Positions 52,916-64,000 of a stretch of DNA of 64,000 bases are shown here, one piece after another. The stretch is from the NCBI GenBank assembly GCA_053919585.1, contig CM132793.1. One strand, written 5' to 3'. Source of the DNA: Euprymna scolopes. Its lineage: Eukaryota. Made by a program: the position numbers and the translations under genes. The notes beneath the pieces are model-generated. The model saw nothing but the letters and a program-made list of their open reading frames with translations. It ran no database searches and was not told where the DNA came from. Within the stretch, counting starts at the first letter, position 1, and the number at the start of each line of letters is the position of its first letter.

Positions 52916-53787
52916 CGTTAATTATTCTAACATGTTTGCAATATTTATTTAAGGCAATTTCGATTAACAAAAAGTTTCATGTGTTTGCATAAACTATACA
53001 ATTTTGCATTATGGCTTTATCAGATTTGATCGTAATATGCAATAATGTAAAAGAAACCGACGTCAATGTATCTGATTGCCAAAAACAGTGTTCTAATCTA
53101 TTAATGATTTATTTGCATATTTCATGTTCTTGTATTAGAAAGCGAATTCAAATTTTTAATAAACCTTCCCCCAAAGCGTTTATGTGATACATATAATTAC
53201 TTTCTATAAAAGTTTTTCCTAGCAATCTTTTGAAAAAATCGGCATAGATTGAAAACTGACTGAAAATATTGTATAAGGCAGAATTTGATAAGTATTTATA
53301 ACGAACAGAGTGAAATCATCAACTCTATCTTTCAGATATTCAAAACAGTGCATTAAAAATCATTTTGGTACATCAGCGAATAATGAATCAGTTTTTTCAT
53401 GAATTCAAAATGAGCTAAGTTTGAAATAATCAATAATCAATCGCTACGAATATGTCGTGTAATAACAAAATGATAGACGATAATCGATGATAATTATCAA
53501 AGCTTCATTGATCACAGTATTTTAAAATAACAAAAGTTTACATTTCATTTTATTAAGTCAATATTTTAAAGAAAGAAAATATTGTGCAAGCATAGGCGAA
53601 ACCTTAATTCAATAACTACTTTTATTAATATATTAAATTATAATTAATGAGCAACACATTTATTAGAACTTGCAAGATGAGTAAGTATATAATGAGTATA
53701 AATGTGTTTTAAACACACCAATTAATATTTGTCTAGTAGCTTAAATTTCTTTAAATAACGTAATAAATGTGTACGGTTATACTTATT

Positions 53788-53791
<4 letters not shown>

Positions 53792-53877
<86 letters not shown>
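53792..53877. repeat. (TA)n(TG)n compound microsatellite
   Basis: Directly visible. Similar (TA)n arrays occur at ~357, 9045, 10535, 22676, 24545, 26960, 27781, 32885, 35905, 39661, 42551, 47702 and 57925. Confidence 0.95.
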
Positions 53878-53881
<4 letters not shown>

Positions 53882-54303
53882 GTTTACTACCCCGTAATAT
53901 ACGGCGTATAAAGGAAATAATCAATACTTTTAAACTCTGCTTTCAGCATCTGTAATACTTGTGTGACACCAATTAAAAACAACTCCCGAAAATAAAGCAG
54001 CATAACACACAAGTGCCGGGTTGAGTAAGAGCAATTTCTATTCAAAGTCTACGTAAATTGAAACAATGGTTTGCCTACATTTTTTGAGAAAAGAGGAGTG
54101 GACAACTACATGGGCGTCCACACAATTATGGATATAGCTATGTAGATTACTCAGTGCAATATATGCCACATAATCAATGAATAACTGCACGCAGGAGTGT
54201 ATTCTAAGATTCTCTTAGTTTGATTTCTAATAACACTGATGAGCTTATACTACTCATATAGTGAGATACTGCGAAACAGACACAAAATGATAATTTTCCT
54301 CAC

Positions 54304-54352
<49 letters not shown>

Positions 54353-55283
54353 ATATGTGTGTGTGCGTATATATGGCGATTGTGTATATCTGCCTGTGTG
54401 CTCTCATAGGTGTGTTTGTAAAGGGTAAAGTGTAAATTAATTAATGGATATGTATGGCATTTTTATTCTAGATAACATGCTGAATAATAGAGGTACATTT
54501 TTTTCGTGGTGAATGCTGACGATTCGAAACTGAATACATTCAAATATACACACTTTTATACACGGGTCAATATAAACACTATCGTATATCATGCAAATCA
54601 TGAAACACATTATTCAATGGATAGTGATAATATTGAATGATATTTAAACAAATATTACAATTAACGATTTTGCTATGGTATTGATTGATTTCAATCGAAT
54701 CAATGGAATTACTGTCAAGCTAAATTTTAAGTAACACAACCAACCCTCTTTCAAATTAGTACAGAATATAAGGTTTTCTATTTTAATAAGACAATACGAC
54801 AACCTTCCATAGAAATTTGCAATACGGTTGTATATTTATAATCATTATTCTAAAAAAAGAAAAACAAACATATGTGCATCGTCTATTTAGTTGGTATTAG
54901 CCGTTAGACATTATTCCTTTGCGTCTTCAATTTTTTACACCTATATCTATGCATATAATTACAAGTTAGAAAAGCATTTAACCCAAGGCATGAAAATTGT
55001 TAAATAAAATGTTTTTACTATAGGCTTTAAAAATAAAGGTACAAGATTCAGTTTGAAATTTATTAATATTCAAACTGCATTATTATAAATTTTACAAAGC
55101 ATTGTATAAAAATTAATTTAAATTGAATCAAAAAATGACCTTGGATTTATTTTATGTAAATTCTGTTGCACTTTAAAAAAAATCATTGATAATTTTATAT
55201 CTATATCACTAATTGCTAGGTGAAAGATAATGTTTTTTAAATTGCAATAAAATGTGCATTACATAAAACAAATCCAAGGTAAT

Positions 55284-55696
55284 CTGTATCTGCTTTATCG
55301 TTATTTTCATGGCAAGTGCTCGTGTAAGCTCAATCTAAGCTCTCCAAACATAAACGAGAACACTCGTCCAGCTGAAAACACTATCAAGAATTTCCTTCAC
55401 ACTTTAGCTGTGCCTAAACCTAAACGTAGTATCCATAAACAAAGCTTCTTTCTTAAACCTCTACGCCTGTGGAACATACTCCTGTTTGCCTGCCTTTCGG
55501 CAGACTACAATAACGTTGTCTTCGTATGCCCAACGTAAACAAGTTCTTGAGGAGCCCTTCCCCTTAAGTAATCCAATTTACCAAACTTACAGTTATAACG
55601 ATTACTATGGCATTGTCCCCTTGACAACTGTACAATTAACTCATTATCCTCGAGTTACCTTTGTGTCTTGATAAGTGGCGATTCCTTTGTAAAAAA
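55284..55696 (+). mobile_element. 3'-terminal fragment of CR1-group LINE family B (older copy)
   Basis: LLYRYFHGKCS..HTLAVPKPKRSIHKQSFF..LWN, with the same 3' tail (TTATCCTCGAGT...TTGATAAGTGGCGATTCCTTTGTAAAAAA). Confidence 0.8.
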
Positions 55697-55709
55697 GACA
55701 ACTCTAACC

Positions 55710-56170
55710 TACGAATATGCTGTACATCTACAAGGCCACCATTCGCCCATGCATCCTATTTCGGCTGGTGCATATACAAGTAGTCTTTTCTTATTGGATA
55801 AGGTCCAAAAAAGTGTTTTCAATTTAATAGATCCCACATTGTATACTAAGCACAAACCCCTGTCCTACCATTGCAATGTTGAATATGTGTGCCTCTTTTA
55901 CAAATATTTAATGAGCTGTGCTCTGATAGAAATTTTTGCACTTCTTTCCCCTCGGCGTGCCTGTCCCCGACAAACTCGCCTAGCAATAAAATCTCACCAT
56001 TTCAATGTGAAGGTTCCTAAATTCCAGAAAGCTTTCTATTCTAAGAGTTTCTTCACTTGAACAGGTTGACTTTGGAATTCCCTACCTGCTATCTACTTCC
56101 CTGACAGCACTGATATGCAGAGGTTTAAATGTAAAAGAAACCAACATCTTTTCTGGCCATGGTTTTAAAT
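55710..56170 (+). mobile_element. 3' fragment of another CR1-group LINE
   Basis: ORF 55668-56060 SLFLLDKVQK..KPLSYHCNV..CLFYKY..YSKSFF, then WNSLP. Confidence 0.75.
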
Positions 56171-57639
56171 AGTAGCAACTTACGTCCACTTCGCTATATG
56201 CTTGTTAGAGGTAAACGTGAATAAACAAAATCGAATATCTTAGAGATCATGAAGTAATTAAAACCACGGCTGAACTGAATATTGGAATTATAGAGCGAAT
56301 ACGATATTATTAGACAAGGTCTCTGCAGTCATAAAACTTATTTAGTTTTTTTATGAGCGAGCTTTGTTCATGAATACAAAAGCAAAAATAAAAACCTATA
56401 AACCGATAAAGCATAACTTTCATTTAGCAGCTCAAGCTAAACTTACGTGTTAGTTATACGTTTGTTAAAACTTTCGTTGACAAAATGAAAATGAATGTTC
56501 TCTGTCATCAAGCATAATTTACTAGAGATAATTTGAACCCTTCGTAAACAGTACAATTGTTGCCCTACTTCGTTTACTAATTTCCGTTCATACGGCATTT
56601 AAGAAAAAAAAGTGCATTCTGATTATAATTACGATTAATATTCGATTCTTAGCAGAACATGGCAAGCACTTGCGGATTAAGTAAAAGCGTGACCATGCGT
56701 TTTCAAAAATTTCCTGTATGTAATAATAACGCAACATTCTCCAATCTTTTTTATGTGCAATTACCTGCTAGTTACCATTGTTATTCGGTGTACTTCCAGT
56801 AGGTGTGGTAGTAAGTTAACCACACCTTACGTTTGCCTATCTGTTCTATATTTTTCTGCCATATATATTTTAAATCCATTTAAACTGTTATGCTTAACAC
56901 GAGCATGACACTAAAGTTACTGCAGCAGTGAATATTACTTAATTTGTATTTTTCTGTTATAGATCTCTTATTTAATTACGGATGATTATCTTAAACGGGA
57001 AATATTATTTCCAACCGAGTGTAAAATTTACAAAGGTTTAAACACTTTGGACTTCCAACTTTAATGAATCTAACCCTAATTAATCTATATAACATCCATG
57101 TACAAACGTGCGTGTAAAATGATCAAAATACTATCCAGATAATGTGACGGAAAATGTTCAACCTAAAAATTAAGGAACATGTTACAATAGAAAGTCATAA
57201 TACAAACTGATAAACAAAAGATATGGAGCAAAATATATATGGGCGCACACGTGAACCAGATAATACAGATATAATTTAATAAGACTTAATGTGTAAATAA
57301 AATACGTGTATATTAAACTATATGCATAACGCCCGTGTGGTAAGAAATATATATGATTTTTGTAGAAAGTATTTCTTGGCGCCTACATGCTTATTAATAC
57401 ATATCCACATGTGATATTTGATTGATTCCACAAATTATTGATTTATAATAATGTACTTGTTTCTATGTAAAAATGTAGAGAGAAATAGTTTATAACAGCC
57501 AAGATTTTATACACCGAACATTACTGGATTACTGTTTAATGTAATATTAAAGAGAAAAATGTATGACATACTCTTAAAATTAATAGAATGTTTTTGTTAT
57601 TTTAATTGGAAATCATTATTGAGATGAGTATTATTTATT

Positions 57640-57870
57640 AACCTATTTTATTGCGGACTATTATCCTCATCTTTCTGAGATGTTGTTTTCACAACGTTTC
57701 GGCAAACTATTCCTCTGGCCCTCGTCAGGTGGTAACCGCGACGGAGTAGAAACTCGAAATCTCCTAACTACATTCTCAGTAATTATTCCATGGTTGTTGT
57801 CGTCTCATCACGTTTTGGCCAAGCCTCTGGCCGCTTTTGGGTAGGATTGAAAACCCTTTCTTTGTAAATC
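57640..57870 (-). mobile_element. Penelope-type fragment with hammerhead motif
   Basis: Minus strand CCAC-CTGACGA-G-GGCC..TGCC-GAAAC-GTT-GTG (57732-57690). The downstream GATGAGGA...AGTCCG resembles the 40-kb arms. Confidence 0.55.
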
Positions 57871-57926
57871 TATTTTAAATTACTGAATAATACTTATATC
57901 AATAATGAAGTTCAATTGAAATAATA

Positions 57927-57984
<58 letters not shown>

Positions 57985-57985
<1 letters not shown>

Positions 57986-59635
57986 CATGGTGAGAAGCAG
58001 GGACCGGAAGGGAATTCAAAAGTTTAGCGGTTCTGGGGAGGAAGCTACTAGAGTAGAAGGTTCTCTTATATCTAGGGGTGGGATTTAGCTGCTTGTCGGT
58101 TGGTCGAGGGGGTACAAGTGCTTGTAGTTGGTCGGAGCATTCACCGTTAAAGTACTTGTAGAACAGGCAGAGCGATGCAACATTTCGTCGATGTGACAGA
58201 GATTGAAGCTTAGATGAAAGTCCAGGACCTATTAGATTGGCGACTCTCTTTTAAACCTTGTCTAGGAGCGATAGACTAGTGGCAGATGCACCAGCCTAAA
58301 TATGACAACAATACTCCATACATGGGCGAATGGTGGCCTTATAGAGCTACAGGATACTTTCGGGCGTTAGTAGTTTTCTAGCACGGTAGAGGGAACTTAC
58401 CATCTTCGCAGCGGTCCTAGCAATACTCTCAATGTAATTGTTCCAAATCATGTTTCCTTTGAACGTTAGGCCAAGGAGCCTAAAAGATGTACTTACAGAT
58501 AAAAAAAAGTCATTGCCCATTGATATCGGTGGTAGAGAAGGTTTCTTGTAATTATTGAAGGGAACAAGTTTAGTCTTTGTAGCATTGCTTGTAACCATCC
58601 ATTTTTGTCTCCATCCCACTACAGATCGGAGATCATCCTCTAGTTTTTCTGCCATTTCTTTAGATATGTGTTCATGTGTTTTCCTGTCGTTTCTGTTATA
58701 TATTGTGGTGTCATCATCATATATACCCATCTCGTTGACAAGTTTGTCAGGGAGGTCATTTATGAATATTAGGAATAGTAGAGGTCCAAGGCACTCCCGC
58801 ATTTATATCATATTGTTTAGATGTACGACCGTCGAGGACAACTTGTATTTTCTCTTATCTAAGAAGGATTTAATTATGCTATGTATTCTCCATGATTTTC
58901 CTGAGAAAACATTCATGCCACAGGGAGGGGTTGTTAGCAGGGTCCAGTGTGAAGTTGGAGGTAAACTGACTGCCAAAAGCCTTAGAGACCCTCCCACGCT
59001 TTTTCCAGTGAATGGTATATACGCTGCGAGATTACAGTTAGAATGTCTGCTGTGGAAGGAGCTTGCCTAAATCTATATTCTTTATCAGTCAGAAGTTTTG
59101 CATCGGTTAGTTAGTGGACTAGAGCTTGGTTAATTATGGTCTCAAATATTTTGGCGAAGAGTGGGAGGAAGCTAATAAGGTGATTATTTACTAGGTCAGT
59201 TCTTTCGTCAGAATTCTTGAAAACTGCTCTTACAGAAGCATTTTTCCAGCAAGCAGGAAAGCAAGATTTATTGTTTGGAGAGAACTGGAGCTACTTCGAC
59301 GGAGCACATTTTTAATAGCACAGCCGAGATGAGATAAGGTCCAGATGCTTTTGCAGGATCAAGATTTCTTATGATAGCATGCACCTGAGCAGAGGTGATG
59401 TTCAGGTCGTCTAGAGTGGCATCAGTCCGCAAAGAAAAGTTAGGGAGGAAGTGGTTAGCAGGATTAAATATGGAGTTGGAGGCAATCCGGCTGGCAAACA
59501 TGTTAGCCTTCTCAGTTGCAGAGCAAACAACCTCATGATTGTTGGATAGTGGGGGGATTATTGATTACCGATTATTTATTACACTGTTGTAGATTTTCCA
59601 GAATCACGGGTTCCTAATTTTTTGTGCGTCTATAT
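57985..59635 (-). mobile_element. Decayed CR1-group LINE (same family as 1856-3878), RT + C-terminal region
   Basis: LDPAKASGP, LGPLLFLIFINDLP..IYDDDTT, LLNSLP. Nucleotide similarity to 1870-2830 is visible by eye. Confidence 0.9.
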
Positions 59636-62600
59636 TTCATTCATGAATTATATATACTATTTATATTTTCCAAAGACGAAAATGTAAGTTGTTTCAAAAA
59701 GAAAAATGTTCTCGTATAACTCAACTGTTTACGCGCAACCACATATACTTAATGAATAAGCACAAAACATACAAAACTTCAAATACTCTCTTCGATTTTA
59801 TTCATGGGTGTTATTTAAAAAAAGCAGCAATCAAATTTCAATTTAGTTAGTATGCAATGCCTGAACTGAAAATATCTACTGTACGGTGGTGATTCTGCCA
59901 ACTAATTATTATAAATATTTTATAATGTTTACTACGTTATGACTAATTAAAATAATATTATGTNNNNNNNNNNNNNNNNNNNNNNNNNNNNNNNNNNNNN
60001 NNNNNNNNNNNNNNNNNNNNNNNNNNNNNNNNNNNNNNNNNNNNNNNNNNNNNNNNNNNNNNNNNNNNNNNNNNNNNNNNNNNNNNNNNNNNNNNNNNNA
60101 ATATATAAATATGGAAAATTACAAAATATATTTTCGTTTTTTTTAAATAATAATGTATAAGTAAACAATTTGGATATATGTGTTAAATAACTCCTTTGTC
60201 TGACATTTGTCTGGACATTATAGCTCTCTCTATATAACTATATATACATCAGATGAAAAAGTAAACGTGTGCATTTGAATATCTCTCCCTACACACAAAT
60301 TTATACGAGGGAGCACTCACAATATATAATGAATTTACAAATATAATACACAGTAAACATAATAGACGTAGTTCTCCGTAATTTGAAACGAAATCAGCAC
60401 TTCCGTATTACACAATACAACGGATACATTAACACGAGTAATATACTTATTACAAATATTTCAATAGATCAGCAACATTAATTCTCCTGTTAAAGTAATT
60501 AATGTAGCATTGTATATGACCTCACCCATAATTCTTAATTGCGCCACACTGGATAGAGTTGCTACTTTGTGACTAGTTATACTATATGATAGGTTTACTC
60601 TATAGCATAAACAAAAATTTTGGCTAACACTTATATCAGGAGACACATTTATCACTCCAAATTGAAGTGCGCATTGTCCATGAAATAATGAATAGGCGAA
60701 TTATAACTTGATTTCCATTTTCGCGAGAGAAAATAAAACTGGTGAAAAGGTAATTTCTTCGGCCAATTTATATTACCCGTCATGTGAATGAATTTCGTCT
60801 AAGTTATCTCCACACATTGATGAAAAATATATTTTTTACATTGATAAAAACTATGTTCTAATTTTTAATAATCACTATCTTTTTTTATTTAATCGTGCGA
60901 CTGTTAGATAAGGGAATTGTACGTTTGTGATGTGTAGATAAATGAATATTTATTGTTCTTATGTTCTATTTGTGTTCTAATCGTTGAAATAGCACTAAGT
61001 AATGGCCTTTATTTATATTGACAATTCTCTCTAGACGGCTGTATAAAATATTCAAAACAAGCAAAAAAAAATCAATATGACAATAAACAGGTCACACTTT
61101 TTGGTTCAATTCTTACCACAAACATTACATTCATCATAAGTGAGTTTCATTATAATAACGGCAAATCATGTATAAACTCATATACTCGTTGTTATTGAGT
61201 AAATATTCAAATTCTTCCAGTAAAGATGGTAAATATCTTGTACATAATATTAAAGCGTTTATAATCAATAATGGATATAAACACCCACAATGTTTACTAC
61301 GTTATGACTAATTTAAATAATATATATTATTGCATTTCCTATAAAACAAATTAAATCGATTACTTTGAAATTATGAATCAGCATTACACTAATGCAACTG
61401 CTTATTCACATACGGACTCGATATATAGTTCTTTCTATTATAAATTTATTCAAGTTTAAAGAATACGACAGATATAATATGCATCATTAATAAACATATA
61501 TATGAGAGAATCTCAGGGGCAAACTTGAATCTTTGAAGCCATAATTTTAAATGTTAATATCATTTTACAACGAAGAAATGCATAATATCTTGTGAGACAA
61601 TTGTGCAGTGTATTAGGAATCTGCGCGTGGCATAGTGACACAAGCATTGCTCAATTCAAAACCAAAGAACTATTTAATCAACATGGAGGAATTCCCGTAA
61701 CAGGAAGATGTCTTGGACGACTGACGACAATATCGAGATACCTGGAAAACATATACAACACCTCGTATTCCCAAATAATCATCCATTTGCTACTGACCAG
61801 ATAAAATGCAACTTAACTTCGGGAACCGATGTGCCAACTTAATTTTGCCACATATCAATCCGTAACGAATACATGATACGATTTATATTGAATGAAATGT
61901 CTTACTAAATCCCTATGTCATCTTTGATGGGTCAATGCGACATGACTTAGCAAGACCTAACAACACAATATTAAAATTTGTTATCCGCAAATAATTTTAA
62001 AGCGCTAAAAATAGACATGTGTGTCTATCAGTAATAGTTGAACGGTATATTTCTTATTGTATTAGTCAACACTCTGCAACCAAGAAGATTGTATTATCTT
62101 CGCTTCATCAGACAAAGATGATTAATATTCATGAGGCACACGCGTCACCGACGTCGGATGATTAATGGTATTGTGGCCGTCAATATATCACATTGATCAA
62201 TTAGTGACTAGAGCTACCAGATTAAACGGGACAACCAACACCGAGGCACGTGATCGATGGCTGCTATATAAAGACATAGACCAGATTTGTATTGAGGAGA
62301 AACATTAAAAATTCAGTAGAAAGTTTAAAAAAAAAAAGAGTAGAATGTACATAGAATATATTAAGATCATGCTCAAGTACGTAGATTCGGTACAGGCCGC
62401 TATAATGCCTGCAAAATCACTCACCATGGTCAATTCCATTGTGCGTCAGTTATTATCAATGTAGGCTGGATAAACACATGATGCTCAAATGTAAAATAAT
62501 GGTAAACTGACCGCTATCAATTATCGAGATAAAATACATGGACACATTTTTAGAACCTTTCCTGATGCGGTGAGACCTGGGTTCCTAGTGGTCAATGACA

Positions 62601-64000
62601 AAACTTGTCCTCATATAGCTTGGATATGCAGGCAGTTACTGAACTGTTTAAAGAATTGCTTCCATTAACTGATTACATCAGACCTATACATACTACAGAA
62701 AATCCGGAACATAATACTGAACTCCATTTAGTACAGCCAGGTTTACAATCAGACTATATCTATAATAATACATGCGTACAGAAACATGCATGGCCCTATT
62801 TCTTTCATTTCGATGCATGCCTCGGTATTCTGATACATACTCAGAGAGCGAGAATGAGAAATAGAGAACACGAGAACGAGAAACAGAGAGATAACAACAT
62901 CAGTAGACTTCTCGATGCAAATATATATATATATATGAATAAATGTTAAATATTTACAAGCATCTAGCAAGGGTATTTGTCGTTACCCGAGGCAGATAAA
63001 AATGAAAAGTAATGTTTGCTTGACTACACTTGTTATATAAAATCTTTTATAAATAGTATAATAAAATATATTAATGTTTTTGCTCCTGGACAACGTGGAC
63101 GCTTAACATGCTATTAAATATATTGGTCACTCTTAGCAGATATCGTATTGTACTCTTTACACCTCCAATAACGCCGCATAGATTTTCTTGTATAACATTG
63201 TATAACAATTCTATAACATTGTTTTCTTTACGGGCGACATGCCATTTAAACATAACTGCACGACCCAGGCTATTTAGCACTCTAGACTGAATAACTTATG
63301 CTCCTTAACATATAGAATAATATACTATTCTTATTTTGGCAACACAAAGGAATTTGTCTAGCATAGAAAAAAAATAAGTCCCAATAAAATTCTTTAACAT
63401 TTAAGCGATTACGATTAATATATATTATATTATACGTTGTAATTGGATCTTTAAATCAACTCGTAATCTCAATCAATCGTCGATACGAAAATATCTCTAA
63501 TTAATAGGTTTTATTGTAAACCTTTGCAAACTACCCTCGTGGGGAATCATGTAAATAATCCAATGTATAAACCAAAAGCATCTTAATTCCAAATTGAATG
63601 AATAAAAAAAAACAATATTTAAACTCTGTTTTAATGCAAAGGCTTTTAACTTTGTTCAGCACTCTCTGTAAACCGCAAATATTGTTTTAAATGAAATAAA
63701 CGTTTTTTTTCTTTTTTGTTTTCAAAAATATGTTCCTTATTACTTACAGTATGAAAAGCAATAAATATATAAACACATGAACATCATCTATAAAGTTAAT
63801 TCTGATCAGTGAGTGCAAGAGGTTAAAAAAGCATACAAAGTGAGAAAATAGTACGTGTAAACGTATAGAAAGACACCTTTATTAAGAACAAAGCAACGAA
63901 GGAATTGTGAGATATTAACAATCAACGCAAAATGAGCATAAGATGAGGGCTGTCAGACTTTCAACAACCCCGCTTGCTCTTAGAATGTTATTGTCTTGTT

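Noticed and set aside
59925-61325. ~35-bp direct repeat ATGTTTACTACGTTATGACTAATT at ~59925 and ~61290
   Set aside because: One copy abuts an assembly gap. It may be an assembly artefact or small duplication, with no element structure between the copies.
62605-62949. 114-aa ORF as a host gene
   Set aside because: Non-ATG start, ends in low-complexity GA/TA sequence, no recognisable domain.

Overview
AT-rich, repeat-dense eukaryotic (invertebrate metazoan, possibly cephalopod-like; inferred) intergenic or intronic DNA with about 10 short N-gaps and many (TA)n microsatellites. No intact host gene is recognisable. The main structure is a nested ~9.5-kb composite at 10.19-19.72 kb. A non-autonomous Helentron/DINE-1-like element carries 5' fragments of U2 snRNA. 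Those U2 fragments flank a near-full-length but frameshifted Tx1-clade (Keno-like) LINE (11.12-18.86 kb) and three copies of a ~200-bp structured short element that shares the LINE's 3' tail, giving a head-to-tail U2-fragment/insert array. The rest of the window holds decayed CR1-group LINEs, Tc1/mariner and Chapaev3-like DNA transposon relics, three non-autonomous Helitrons, Penelope-type elements with minimal hammerhead-ribozyme motifs, and a possible tRNA-derived SINE. All family assignments come from motif recognition by eye, not from database searches.
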